Origin: Macrostomum lignano
Taxonomy: Eukaryota
DNA length: 64,000 nucleotides
Assembly (NCBI GenBank): GCA_002269645.1
Contig: NIVC01001903.1
Span: forward strand, 12,546 to 76,545
Direction: 5' to 3'
The notes under the pieces are model-generated. The model saw nothing but the letters and a program-made list of their open reading frames with translations, did no database searches and was not told the DNA's origin. Shown here one piece after another: positions 36,428 to 50,400 of this stretch. The translations under genes were made by a program, and so were the position numbers. The number at the start of each line of letters is the position of its first letter. Positions within the stretch are counted from its first letter, which is position 1.

Positions 36428-38097
36428 CTATTCTATATTGTCAGAGAATGACATATGTTGAATATTTGAATAGAATAAATGGCTAATAGAAACTGCTATT
36501 TTGGTAGTCCAGACTCAGCAACTCTCTAATATCCTGACTTCTTTCTGATGCAAAGAACTTCAGCAGAGACAACAAAAACATCTATAGTTTTTTCCTGAAC
36601 AAAAGTAGCGGCCTGTCTTATTATTTGCCTCGCAATGTATTGACATTATACAAGCCGGAATTAAGAATAACAAAGAATGTTAGTTCTTATAAGTAACATT
36701 AAACTGCTTTTGACAGCAGATAAATACAGTCTAAGAAAAAAGCCACAAAAGGCATTTGATCAATACAATGTTTCTTGTAAATGTTTGGTTAGTTTGTCTC
36801 TAAAAAATTTAACATCGCTACCATGGTTGCAAATATGTTATCGTGTATTATACCGGTCTCCCGAAAAGCATTCACACCTTTTATCTGTGACTGTATTATC
36901 TATATATCTATATATCTATATAAATTAAGATACAATATACATACAGGCGATTGTATTTGTCGGCAAACCCATTTTTAAGTCAGATCAGATGCCATCTGAC
37001 GTATGCTATGGCATATGATCATGTATGATCGACGTATGTATACATTAATACATACATACACATGTGTGGCAGACAGGCGTCCTATACAAGATAACTAGCG
37101 TTTATCTCTTTTCGTAGTGTTCTGACAATGTATGTGTGTTTTTTAGAAAATATTTTTTTTATTTTTAGTATAACTGATGTCATCTATTCATACAATACAA
37201 AGGCAACAGCACTACACTACACTGAATATTAGCCAAAAGACATATTAAATATTTTATTTAGATATCAAAATATCATATTTTCTGCTGATAATTAATGCAT
37301 TTGTTCATGGTAAAGTTAAATAGGCAACAGACAGCAGAACTTTTTTTAGATATTTAGTGCAATAATTTGTGATTTGTGATGCTTATAGCCTACTACCCTT
37401 TAATCATAAGCTTATTGACACTTAGTTGAATTTTATCTTGCAAAACTAATTAAATAATTTTCAAGTTATTAACTTTATAACAAAGATTCAAAATTAATCG
37501 AAATTAATGGTAACATTAAATTACCAGCACATGTCATTCATAGGATATTTTGCTAATGATTGTTACATAGAATTCAGCAATAAAATACATATTGTAACAT
37601 TGCTAGAACAGTATTTATGTTGTTTAGATTGTCAAATGTCTGTGCTAATCAAATGATAAGTAAATATATGAATAAATTCAAATAATGATTTCATTTTTTG
37701 CTTTTAGAATAAAAAACTTGAAATTGGGGCTATACAAAGTATAAGTTCTTGACATAGTACTATCCTATAAGTATATTTATAAAAAAGTAATAAATCAATT
37801 TAATATTAATATTCTTTTTTTCATACCAATTTAGTCTACCTTGAAATATTTTTGCTTTCTTTCTTGTTTTTCTTTCCTATACATATAATCATCATGCTGT
37901 AGATAGTATCACCTTTGTTGTATAAATAAATATTGGCTAAATTATTAGTTTATAGTACTATTCTAGTACTACTGTTGTATATAATAAATCGATTTCATAT
38001 ATATTTGCTTCTAAGTGCTATGTGACTAATAGCATCTGATATTCAGACTGAAAACAATAATATTAAAGGAAAATCCAAACTAAAATTACAGATAAAT

Positions 38098-40296
38098 ATG
38101 CATCTAACAGTACTAGTGCAGTTATCTGACACTCAGCAGCCACCACCAACCTGGTCAGTCGATGCACAGCCCAGATGGAATGTTCTTTTCCTAAAGCAAC
38201 TGGCTTGTCAGCATTTTGGTCTGGCACCAGTTGATGTAGAAATTGCGCTGCTGACTGATACAGTATCTGGGTATGTTTTTTAAGTCGCAGCATATTCTTT
38301 CATCAAATTCAAGATCATAAATTTTTGATAAGAAAATTCGATTCCTACCTGGAACATATTCCAGTTCTCCCCTTGACGACAACGCCTCCCTAACTGACTG
38401 CGGTATTGTTGAGAATTCTCGACTTGAACTTCGCAGCCGGCGTTTTAATAGCGATAGTTGTCATAGCAACGAGTCTGCCGCTGCCGCTCGACGCCTTGTG
38501 CCTACGCTGTGGCTGTTCTGCTACGATTGCGAGACTGCCAGATCGGCGATGGTTTGCGCCGTCTGCGTCAACTGCGGTAGAAGCGTCAGCTTGTCAGACA
38601 GTGGCGGCGATGTTGTTGGCGCTAACGAGCCCAAGAACTGGGCGGATCTGCTGGACGACCCTCGAGCTGACAGTGGCGACTGCCCATACTGCGGGCATCA
38701 GCGATGCGTTCGATTTGAGGCCGCTTGCTCGGCTGAGGGTCCGCATGCGACCAGGAGGTGTGTGCCGATTAGAGAGCTCAGCACTAGTCTGGATGATGGT
38801 GAGGCCGCGTGATTGTGTTGCACCCAACACCTCATTTTCCTTGTCCTTTCCCTATGCCACGTGACTCTGTCGCATCCACCACTCATTCCCGTCTCTAGGC
38901 CACGTGACTCAGTGTCGCACCCACCACCCATTCCCCTCTCTAGGCCACGTGACTCAGTGTCGCACCCACCACCCATTCCCCTCTCTAGGCCACGTGACTC
39001 AGTGTTGTACCCACCACCCATTCCCCTCTCAAAGCCATGTGACTTAGTATCGCACCTTTCCACCCCATTCTCTTTCCCTAGACCATGTGACTCAGTATCG
39101 CAACCACCACCCCATTCTCTTTCCCTAGGTCACGTGACTCAGTTTTGCACCCACCACTCCATCCTTCCTCCCCCAGGCCAATCCGCCTGTTGCGTGTGCG
39201 CAGAGCCGCAGCCAATCGGACGACCGCTTCTGTTCTTTCCTTGCGGCCACGCGGTCTGCCTGGACTGCTTCAAAACGGATGCCTCAGCCAGACTGTCCGA
39301 CGGTCGACTGGTATTTCTAGCCGACCGCGGCCTGACCATGGACTGTCCGGCGCACAACTGTCGCAGTACAAATCGTTACCTAGGCGACGCGCACGCTTTT
39401 CGTCTGTTAGGCGCGGAGTCCTACGAACGGGTGAAGCTGCTTGGCGCTCAGCGCGCCCTGCTTACAGCCGAGGCCGGTCACGTGATGTGCCCGCTGTGCT
39501 CGGCTCAGTACGAGCTGCCGGCCTCATCGGAAGTTCAACAAGTTGGTTAGAGCGTGTGTGTATGTCGCGACTTTCCTATTCATTTCTTAGTTCACTTTCA
39601 CTTGTCTCTGTTTACTCTGTTTTCTCTCTCTCTGTCTAGCTTAATCTTGTTATTCTTATCTCTCTTTCCCTTGCTGCCTTCTGATTGGCTCTCCATTCTC
39701 ACTTCTCTCCTTTAGTCGCGCACTCCACCCCTCTCTTCATTATCTTCAATTCAAACCCCTCTGCAATTTAATGTCATATAAATATACTGGTTTGGGCCCT
39801 GCGCCCACTTACTGGCTCCTTATCTTACTTATTCAATTTAACATCTAATTTAGTTCCAATGTTTTCAGTCTTATTTTCTCGACAGTGTATGAGTGCGTAC
39901 AGCGGATTGGGCAGCATTACCTCGGCGCTGGAATTGTTGGATGATGTGGCGTTTTGCCAGGATGTGTCAATTTCTCAACCTCACTCGTTCCAGGTGACCT
40001 GCGAGTGCGGCCTAGGCGGTTGCGGTGCCCAGATCTGCCTGTCCTGTCGAGCTTTGGCCCACGCCGGCTCCTGCGTTGAAACCAACGTCGAAAGCGTCGT
40101 AGAAGATTCGAACCCGGAACGTCAGTCGATGAGTACAATTCGACGAACTTCGAAGCCCTGTCCGCGCTGTCGAGCGCCAACTGAACGAAACGGTGGCTGC
40201 ATGCACATGACCTGCCGGCTGTGCTGCCTGTCCTGGTGCTGGATCTGCCAGCTGGAGTGGTCTGAGCAGTGTCAGACCAATCACTGGTTCGGTTGA
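38098..40296 (+). CDS. PRKN: Parkin RBR E3 ubiquitin ligase. Exons 38098-38270, 38365-38798, 39177-39541, 39994-40296 (424 aa)
   Basis: Ubl (DCGIVENSRLEL), RING0, RING1 (HAVCLDCF..HAFRLLG.E.YER), IBR, RING2 KPCPRC..TERNGGCMHMTC..WCWIC..W...C..NHWF; splice phases 2,1,0 are consistent. Confidence 0.92.
38850..39150. repeat. 45-bp minisatellite in parkin intron 2
   Basis: Unit CACGTGACTCAGTGTCGCACCCACCACCCATTCCCCTCTCTAGGC. Confidence 0.9.
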
Positions 40297-40354
40297 ACTT
40301 ATTGCGATAAAACTCGGTGCTTTTAACAGTTCAAAATGATTCAACAGTATTCTT

Positions 40355-41046
40355 TAGTGCCATTTATGACCCTATGTAACTTGGTGCCCTCTATGACCCT
40401 ATGTATCTTGGTGCCCTTTATGACCCTATGTATCTTGGTGCCCTTTATGACCCTATGTATCTTGGTGCCCTTTATGACCCTATGTATCTTGGTGCCCTTT
40501 ATGACCCTATGTAACTTGGTGCCCTTTATGACCCTATGTAACTTGGTGCCCTTTATGACCCTATGTATCTTGGTGCCCTTTATGATCCTATGTAACTTGG
40601 TGCCCTTTCTGACCCTATGTATCTTGGTGCCCTTTATGACCCTATGTAACTTGGTGCCCTTTATGACCCTATGTATCTTGGTGCCCTTTATGACCCTATG
40701 TAACTTGGTGCCCTTTATGACCCTATGTATCTTGGTGCCCTTTATGACCGTATGTATCTTGGTGCCCTTTATGACCGTATGTATCTTGGTGCCTTTTATG
40801 ACCCTATGTATCTTGGTGCCCTTAATGACCCTATGTATCTTGGTGCCCTTTATGACCCTATGTATCTTGGTGCCCTTTAAGACTCTATGTAGCTTGGCGC
40901 CTTTTATGACCCTATGTAGCTTCGCGCCCTTTATGACCCTATGTAGCTTCGCGCCCTTTATGACCCTATGTATCTTGGTGCCCTTTAAGACTCTATGTAG
41001 CTTGGCGCCTTTTATGACCCTATGTAGCTTCGCGCCCTTTATGACC
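40355..41046. repeat. 27-bp minisatellite
   Basis: Unit ATGACCCTATGTATCTTGGTGCCCTTT. Confidence 0.95.
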
Positions 41047-41464
41047 CTTGTGAAGATTGTATATACATACCCTCATTGGTACACATGGTACACAATAGGC
41101 TTATAGTCTTATTTTCTCGAGTGCTAATAAGTGCCATGCATTAAACATTATTTCGCTGAGTTGTTATTTTTTGTCTAAAAATTTATCATCGCGTGCTCTT
41201 AAGTAACTAGTCGTCATTATTTATTGATTGTCCAAGTTGTTAATTAATTGATAATGGAAACAGTTGAAATCAGCATTTTTTATGAATTTGTTAGTCTGCA
41301 TACTGTGCCGCCGAAACCCTGACCGATTGGCGATTGGCGGCGATTTTCTGTGTTACTTATTATTTGTTTTCTCTTAGCAGCTACTTATAATAGTAGAAAT
41401 AATGTGTTTTGATGCTCAATTACATATAACGTATAAAGACTATTTTAATTGCAGAACAATCGAC

Positions 41465-44400
41465 ATGACGGCGGGAAAAGTGCATGCGCCTGTAATTATC
41501 CCGCTGAGACCGCCTGTGCCCGGCCAGCCAAAGTCTATCATTGATAATTTGACCAAAATAGAACTGTCAACTGAGACTAGTGGAGCGAACATTTTCTTTA
41601 CTATCGATGGCAGCAAGCCGCAGCCGTTCTCGCCTATGGGCAAGCGGGCAACCTTCAAGTACAGGCAGCCGTTCCCACTGCCGCCCGGGAAGCGGACTAT
41701 CAAAGCTGTTGCCTATTCAAAGTGAGTTCGTAGTTTTTATTTTAAAGCCGATATGTATCGTAAGTATATTATTAGAGGGGAAAATATTCAGAGAACTTGC
41801 ATCTGCGAGCGGTAATGAGCACGAATTTCGCGTCAAAGGTCTTGGGTTCGAAGCCGTGAGAGACCCGATGACAAGCTCCCGGCCCATTACTCATGAACAA
41901 TTGCCCCACGTCGATGCGACCGCAGGCGGAATCGAACCCAGGGTACTTTGAGTTGAGAGTCGGACGCTTTGCTCGGCTGTGCACTAACCACAACCAACTC
42001 TTCTTAACTTTCCTATGCTGGCAAATAGGTTGCACTTTAATCTTATTAACAGGGACGGCAGAACCGAATCGACCATTGTCACGAAGACATTCGACGTCGA
42101 GTCTGTCGAAGGTCCCCAACCGCCGGGCTCCTTAGACGTGCCTTCGTCGGCGCCAAATTTCAATGGCAATGCCGGCGGCGGCGGAGTCAGTGAGGACGCG
42201 TTCGCTTTTCTCGAGGATCTGCGACCGTCGCAGCCGCCGCGTCAGCAGAGACTGGCCGCTGGTGCTGCTGAACAGTCCGAGTTCGACGCTCCCAGATCAC
42301 CGGAGAGCGTATCGGACCGGGCGTTGGCATTCAAGACGAGGCTGCTTGGCGTCTCGGCGGCCTCGGCGGCGGCGGTCTGGAGGATCAGGATCCCGACTTG
42401 CCATTGGAATTGGAGAGGCGGCCCGTCGATTGGTCGATGCAGCCACCAGGAGTTGGCAACGGCGCAGCTGCTGGGTGAGGATCTCTGCTGGGATCGGTAA
42501 TGGGATGCTCTGAGTCTTAAAATGCTGCGTAACACGTCATAGCGTTATGTGCGTAGTACTTCCGGTGTCATTTTAGCATTCTATCACTCCATAGTATCAC
42601 TCCAGTTTCACTCCATAGTATCACTCCAGTTTCACTCCATAGTATCACTCCAGTTTCACTCCATAGTATCACTCCAGTTTCACTCCATAGTATCACTCCA
42701 GTTTCACTCCATAGTATCACTCCAGTTTCACTCCGTAGTATCACTCCAGTTTCACTCCATAGTATTAATCCAGTTTCACTCCATAGTATCACTCCAGTTT
42801 CACTCCATAGTATTAATCCAGTTTCACTCCATAGTATCACTCCAGTTTCACTTCATAGTATCACTCCAGTTTCACTCCATAGTATTAATCCAGTTTCACT
42901 CCATAGTATTAATCCAGTTTCACTCCATAGTATCACTCCAGTTTCACTTCATAGTATCACTCCAGTTTCACTCCGTAGTATCACTCCAGTTTCACTACAG
43001 TATCACTCCAGTTTCACTCCGTAGTATCACTCCAGTTTCACTCCATAGTGTCACTCAAATTGCACTCAACAATGTCGCATTTTACTTCTTTCAGTCACTC
43101 CTATTCAACTTAAGTGGGTGTTATTCCATTGTCACTTAATTGCCACTCTAACCTAAACTCCTAAGTCCACGTTCTCACAATGAAAATTTCTCAGCTCGGC
43201 TGGCATGTCTCTGCCGCAGCCGCACGGCCCGTGCCCGCACTGCGCCAAGCAGGTGCCTCTCGGCCTGGCCAAGTGCGTCGTCTGCGACCTGCCGTTCGCC
43301 GCCCCGCCGCCACCGCCGCCGCCGCCGCCGCCGCCTCCCCTGGCGCTCCCGGCCCCGGGCTTCTGCGGCCACTGCCGGCGTCTGGCCACCGGCCGGCCGG
43401 ACGCTTTCTACTGCGACTGCTGTGGCCGCCCGTTGGCTGCTGGCGGGCCCGCCTCGGACGCCTCCACCGGGTTCACCCTGTCTTTGGCAAGGCAGGCCGC
43501 TGCGGCGGCAGCCCGCCCGCCGCCTGTGCCGACTCTTGACGCCGGCACGCAGACAGTCGGCCTGCTGTACCCGTCCGCATTGGAGCTGAGGAAATTAGAG
43601 GCAGAACTGCAGGTGTGTCTGTCTGTCTGTGTCTGTCTGTGTGTCTGTGTGTCTGTGTGTCTGTCAGTGTGTGTGTCTGTCTGTGTGTCTGTCTGTGTGT
43701 CTGTCTGTGTGTCTGTCTGTGTTTCTGTCTGTGTGTCTGTCTGTGTGTCTGTCTGTGTGTCTGTTTGTGTGTCTGTCTGTGTATCTGTGTGTGTTTGTCT
43801 GTCTGTCTGTCTTGTGTATCTGTCAGTGTGTGTGTCTGTCTGTGTGTCTGTCTGTGTGTCTGTCTGTCTGTGTATCTGTCAGTGTGTGTGTCTGTCTGTG
43901 TGTCTGTCTGTGTGTCTGTCTGTCTGTGTATCTGTCAGTGTGTGTGTCTGTCTGTGTGTCTGTCTGTGTGTCTGTCTGTCTGTGTATCTGTCAGTGTGTG
44001 TGTCTGTCTGTGTGTCTGTCTGTCTGTCTGTCTGTCTTGTGTATCTGTCAGTGTGTGTGTCTGTCTGTGTGTCTGTCTGTGTGTCTGTCTGTCTGTGTAT
44101 CTGTCAGTGTGTGTGTCTGTCTGTGTGTCTGTCTGTCTGTCTGTCTGTCTTGTGTATCTGTCAGTGTGTGTGTCTGTCTGTGTGTCTGTCTGTGTGTCTG
44201 TCTGTCTGTGTATCTGTCAGTGTGTGTGTCTGTCTGTGTGTCTGTCTGTCTGTCTGTCTGTCTTGTGTATCTGTCAGTGTGTGTGTCTGTCTGTGTGTCT
44301 GTCTGTCTGTCTGTCTGTCTTGTGTATCTGTCAGTGTGTGTGTCTGTTTGTGTGTCTGTCTGTGTGTCTGTCTGTGTGTCTGTTTGTGTGTCTGTCTGTG

Positions 44401-47400
44401 TGTCTGTCTGTGTGTCTGTCTGTGTTTCTGTCTGTGTGTCTGTCTGTCTGTCTGTCTGTCTGTCGTACCTACGTACGACTACGTACGACCTACGAACATG
44501 AAATAAAAAAAATAGTCGTGAATCATGAAATCTGTCAGGAATTGCGAAATCAATCAGCTGGTCCACCGTCGGTGCCGTCGCAGCAGCAGCAGCGACGACA
44601 AATTGCTGGAGGTCAGACTGAAGCTCAGCCGACGCAGTCGACATTCCTGACTACTGTCAGTCCGGGGCGCGGCTATTGGCGCCGTCAGCTGGAACACGTT
44701 GTGGCGCATCTCAAGGTTGGCTTCCAACAATTCCTTATCCTCCACCATAAGGAATTTATAATATTCACTGACACATTTCTAATCCTTACCAACACATTGC
44801 TAACCCTCACTGACACATTGCTAACCCTCACCGACACATTGCTAACCCTCACCGACACATTGCTAACCCTCACCGACACATTTATAATATTCACTGACAC
44901 ATTGCTAACCCTCACTGACAAATTGCTCACCCTCATCGACAAACTCCTCATCTTCATCGAAACATTCCTAACCCTCATTGACACACTCTTAACCCTCATC
45001 GACACATTCCTAACCCTCACCGGCACATTCCTAACCCTCATCGACACATTGCTAACCCTCATCAACACATTTCTTATCCTCACCGACACATTGCTAACCC
45101 TCACCGACACATTGCTAATCCTCACCGACACTCTAACTTGCAGCTGCACGCCGACTCGAACCCGGAGTTCCGAGCCTCCATCGGCACGCCGCGCATGGAA
45201 CGCCTGGTTCGCAGCCGCGTGTCGGAAACTGCCGGCGACCGCCTGCTGATCAGCCTGGAATTCGCGCTTCGCGACGAACGCCAGTTAACCAGGGCGCCGA
45301 CGGCGCCACCTTCTCGACAGCCGCCGGCGACTTCGTTACGCTTCGGCGACGGTCGGCGTGGCAACAGAAACGGCTACGGCTACGACTACGGCGACGAATA
45401 CGATGATGAAGACTATGTCGCCTATGGAGACGAAATGTACAGAAGCGACGAATACGATTCTGGTTGGTCTCTTTTGGTGTATCACCGGTTGACGCTTTTA
45501 GTCTGGCATGCCTTGTTCTTGACTTTCACTAGCCTGTAATTTGCCTGTTGTTGTGTGTGTAACTAGCCTGTTGCTGTGTGTGTAACTAGCCTGTTGCTGT
45601 GTGTGTAACTAGCCTGTTGCTGTGTGTGTAACTAGCCTGTTGCTGTGTGTGTAACTAGCCTGTTGCTGTGTGTGTAACTAGCCTGTTGTGTCTGTAACTA
45701 GCCTGTTGTGTCTGTAACTAGCCTGTTGTGTCTGTAACTAGCCTGTTGCTGTGTCTGTAACTAGCCTGTTGCTGTGTGTGTAACTAGCCTGTTGTGTCTG
45801 TAAGTAGCCTGTTGTGTCTGTAACTAGCCTATTGTGTCTGTAACTAGCCTGTTGTGTCTGTAACTAGCCTGTTGTGTCTGTAACTAGCCTGTTGTGTCTG
45901 TAACTAGCCTGTTGTGTCTGTAACTAGCCTGTTGTGTCTGTAACTAGCCTGCTGTGTCTGTAACTAGCCTGTTGTGTCTGTAACTAGCCTGTTGTGTGTG
46001 TAACTAGCCTGTTGTGTCTGTAACTAGCCTGATGTGTCTGTAACTAGCCTGTTGCTGTGTCTGTAACTAGCCTGCTGCTGTGTCTGTAACTAGCCTGCTG
46101 CTGTGTCTGTAACCCTGTAACTAGCCTGTTGTGTTTGTAACTAGCCTGTTGTGTCTGTAACTAGCCTGTTGTGTCTGTAACTAGCCTGCTGCTGTGTGTA
46201 ACTAGCCTGCTGTGTCTGTAACTAGCCTGCTGCTGTGTCTGTAACTAGCCTGTTGTGTCTGTAACTAGCCTGTTGTGTCTGTAACTAGCCTGCTGCTGTG
46301 TCTGTAACTAGCCTGTTGTGTCTGTAACTAGCCTGTTGTGTCTGTAACTAGCCTGCTGCTGTGTCTGTAACTAGCCTGCTGCTGTGTCTGTAACTAGCCT
46401 GTTGTGTCTGTAACTAGCCTGTTGTGTCTGTAACTAGCCTGCTGCTGTGTCTGTAACTAGCCTGTTGTGTCTGTAACTAGCCTGTTGTGTCTGTAACTAG
46501 CCTGCTGCTGTGTGTAACTAGCCTGCTGTGTCTGTAACTAGCCTGCTGCTGTGTCTGTAACTAGCCTGTTGTGTCTGTAACTAGCCTGTTGTGTCTGTAT
46601 CTAGCTGTGTGGTACCTGTAACTAGCCTGCTGCTGTGTCTGTAAGTAGCATGTTGATGTGTCTGTAAGTAGCCTGCTGTATCTGTATCTAGCTGTGTGGT
46701 ACCTGTAACTAGCCTGTTGCTGTGTCTGTAAGTAGCATGTTGATGTGTCTGTAAGTAGCCTGCTGTATCTGTATCTAGCTGTGTGGTACCTGTAACTAGC
46801 CTGCTGCTGTGTCTGTAAGTAGCATGTTGATGTGTCTGTAAGTAGCCTGCTGTGTCTGTATCTAGCTGTGTGGTACCTGTAACTGGCCTAATCTGTCAGA
46901 GCAATAAATAATTAAACCGAATTCAGGCACTGAACGGGAAACTCGGCGATCGGGGAGGCGAGCACCGGCCAAAAGGTCGTCGGCAGGGCCGAAAAAGAGC
47001 GGCAGAAAGTCCGACGTAGAAGAGATGAAGGTGAGACAAATTTTAGTTCTGATAAAACAGACATGGAGCTAATGTATATCGACTGATTTTTTTCATTTTT
47101 AATTTAGCCGGCTGACAAAGCTTTGTTTCGCGAATGCGGAGCTAAAGGTGAAGGCAGGCCCGAGGAGATTCACGCCTTGGTGACTGAACAGGTGAGTGAG
47201 CAGTTTTAACTTTCAAAATAAAGCCAGAAGGTAGCAGCTATTGGTCTTTTTTTGTCTGAGAGAAAGAATGAGGTGGGAGTCAAAATAGCCACAGTGGGTA
47301 AGAGGTCTCTGCTTTCTCATTGGCTGAGGGGTGTAGTGAGGTGGGTGTCAACAAAGCCACGGGGTAAGAAGTCTCTGCTCTCTCATTGGCTGAGGGGTGT

Positions 47401-50400
47401 AGTGAGGTGGGTGTCAACAAAGCCACGGGGTAAGAAGTCTCTGCTCTCTCATTGGCTGAGGGGTGTAGTGAGGTGGGTGTCAACAAAGCCACGGGGTAAG
47501 AAGTCTCTGCTCTCTCATTGGCTGAGGGGTGTAGTGAGGTGGGTGTCAACAAAGCCACGGGGTAAGAAGTATTTGCTCTCTCATTGGCTGCGTGTTGGAG
47601 TTAGACCTAATTCGAAATAGCCACAGGGAGTAAGAAGTCGCGGCTCTCATTTGGCTGAGCGACGTTTAAAACATTTTAGGCACTAGACATACAGACAGAT
47701 ATTCTGACATTCAAAAGTCCCAAAACTCACCACTTCTATCGATTCTAGTCGGCAGATCCCAAGGCTTTCAACGCTAACGGAGTTCCAGTACTAAGCGTTG
47801 CCGTCCGGAGTCTTCACTTTGACGCTGTCAAAGAACTACTGCAGCTGGGCGCCGATGTGAACACTGCTGGAAAAGAGTGAGCTACTACGGCTGCAGTTAG
47901 CATGCACTAGTCACGACTCGCCCATTGCCCATCTCTGTCATACACCCTGTCAACTGTCCCCGTGCCTGTCTACCTCATTTCCTCCCTGTCTACCTCATCT
48001 CCCTCCCTGTCTACCTCATCTCCCTCCCTGTCTACCTGTTACGTCTTTGCACAAATCACGTAGTCACTAAGTAAAGCAACTTAGAAGTTTAGTCAGCTCA
48101 AGGCTCTGGCTTTTACGCCGTGTGTATTTCTCGCACGTTAGCGTCTAACTTAGCGAACTGTCTCTCTTTTAATTCAGCTCAACTTCAGCTCGCAGGCTTG
48201 CCCATAGACATAGTTCGTACTAAAAGGCATACATATCATTCCTCCTTTTCTTTAAAAAAAATTGTTCAGTCAAAACAGTTCAGTTCAGTTAATTCGCAAC
48301 AAAAAAATCCGGTTTCTTCAGTTTTGACCGGTCACGCAAAACACGTTGGTTCGGATGCTGTTTCACATCTTGGCCGTCCTTTGGCTTGATATCGAAGCTT
48401 GATGACGCGGCTAACTTTCGAGTTTTGTCTATGGCCCGCGAAGACTTGCCAGTCTGACCATGATGCTCTAGATTTGGTCCCGTCGATTCAGCTTCCTCTT
48501 TTGCATCCTTTTTCAACTTGTAGCTATTCTTGGCATTGTGTGCTTGCGTTAGTTCTGTGTCGAAATCACACTGTGGCTGGGGCACAACTTCGGTTTCAGA
48601 TTTGATCAGATGATCCACGTGTCGTTTCCAGATTTGTCCGTTGACTTCCACGTGGTAGGACAGCGGCCCAGTCTGTTTCAACACTTTGGCTTGAGCCCAC
48701 TTGTTTTCTTTTTCCCTCCTGAAATCAAGAGCTAGCACTATATCTCCAGCCTGAAACTCTCGGTGAGGAATATGTTCCCGGCGCATCATCTGCTTACTTT
48801 GCGAATCCAGGACTCTCCCGTATGTGTCTGGCTTCAGGAAGTCCAGCCTTGTCCGTCTTGCATACGCAAGCATCATCTCGGCAGGTGACTTGCCCGTTGT
48901 GCTATGAGGCGTGCTTCTATAGCGGAATAGGAAATTGTGCAGGCTCAGCATGGCATCACCGTGGCTCTTCATGCCTGCTCTGATCGCATTCTTGGCTGTT
49001 TGAACCATTCGCTCACTGAGCCCGTTGGTTCTTGGATGTCCTACAGCACTGAAGATGTGATGGATGTTATTTCGCTTGGTGAATTCAGCAAACTCCTGTG
49101 ATGCAAACTGGCTTCCATTGTCGGTCAGTATCTGTCGAGGTATTCCAAACCGAGCAAATGTCTCTCGAAAGCGTTGAATGGTGTTCGCGGCACTGGCAAC
49201 TTTCATTGGAAAAACCTCTACCCATTTTGATGTGGCATCCACGATTACCAACCAATTGAATCCGAAACACGGTCCGAAAAAATCTGCCTGAAGTCTCGTC
49301 CATGGCTTTTCTGGCCAACTCAACGGGTGAACAGCAGATTCTGGTGGTTTGCTTCGCTGCAGTTCGCATCCCTTGCATTGTTTCACAGCTCTTTCAATCT
49401 GTTGGTCGATTCCCGGAAACCAAACATGCAGGCGAGCGATCAATTTCATCGATACAATCCCAGGGTGTCCTTCGTGCAGCAGGTCCAAAACTTGGTGTTG
49501 GAGGCTAGATGGAATGATGGCGCGTATACCCCAGAAGATGACTCCCTGCTCAAGACAGAGTTCGTTTCCTTTCTGACGGTATATCTCAAACTCAAATTCA
49601 CATTTCTCCGGCCAACCGTTCTGGCAGAACCTGATTACCTTGCTCAGGATAGGATCCCTGGCTGTCTCTCGACGAATCTCGACAGCGGTGATAGACAGTT
49701 CTTGAAGTCGACGTTCCATGACTTTGTCCACTCGGGACGTCGAACTTGGCAATGGCAACCTGGATAACGCATCAGCGTTGCCGTGGTCCTCTGTCTTTCG
49801 AAATCTTATCTCGTACTGATGAGCAGAGAGCAAGACTGCCCAACGTTGCAATCTGCTAGCTGCGATGCTCGGGATGTCCTTCTTTTCTCCGAAAATAGTA
49901 ATTAGAGGCTTATGGTCTGTTACCAAAATAAACTTGTTCCCGAATAGATACTGATGGAACTTCTTGATCCCGAATATGATTGATAGCGCTTCTTTTTCCA
50001 GCTGAGAATAATTCTGCTCCGCTGGTGACAGTGTCCTTGATGCGTAACTGATAGGCAGCTCGGCACCACCTGGCATTGTGTGGGACAGAACACATCCGAG
50101 CCCATACTTCGAAGCATCAGTGTGTAGGATGATCGGCTTCTTTGGGTCGAAATGCACCAGCAGCCGGTCCGATGTCAGAATTGACTTCACAGAGTCCAAA
50201 GCAGCTTGGCACTGACTGCTCCAGCTGAATGTCACATCGTTTCTCAGGAGTCTGTTGAGTGGCGCCAGAACAGTTGATGAGTTGGGTATGAATTTCCCAT
50301 AGTAGTTAATAAGTCCAACCAAGGATCGAACCTCGGACACACTGGTAGGATTCGGTGCGTTTCTCACAGCAATTACCTTGTCAGGAGATGGGTGCAGTCC

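Noticed and set aside
38290-38364. Alternative parkin exon-2 acceptor at 38292
   Set aside because: Leads to an in-frame stop; the acceptor at 38364 preserves the Ubl frame
39859-39993. ORF-track N-terminal extension of the last parkin exon
   Set aside because: Intronic; homology resumes at CAG|GTGACCTGC (39994)
40336-41106. 256-aa ORF (MTLCILVPF repeats) and CRISPR-like regular periodicity
   Set aside because: Translation of a 27-bp minisatellite; no unique spacers, no cas genes, eukaryotic context
43615-45249. 544-aa Cys/Val/Ser-rich ORF
   Set aside because: Read-through of intronic microsatellite and minisatellite; the real exons within it have GT-AG boundaries and DZANK1 homology
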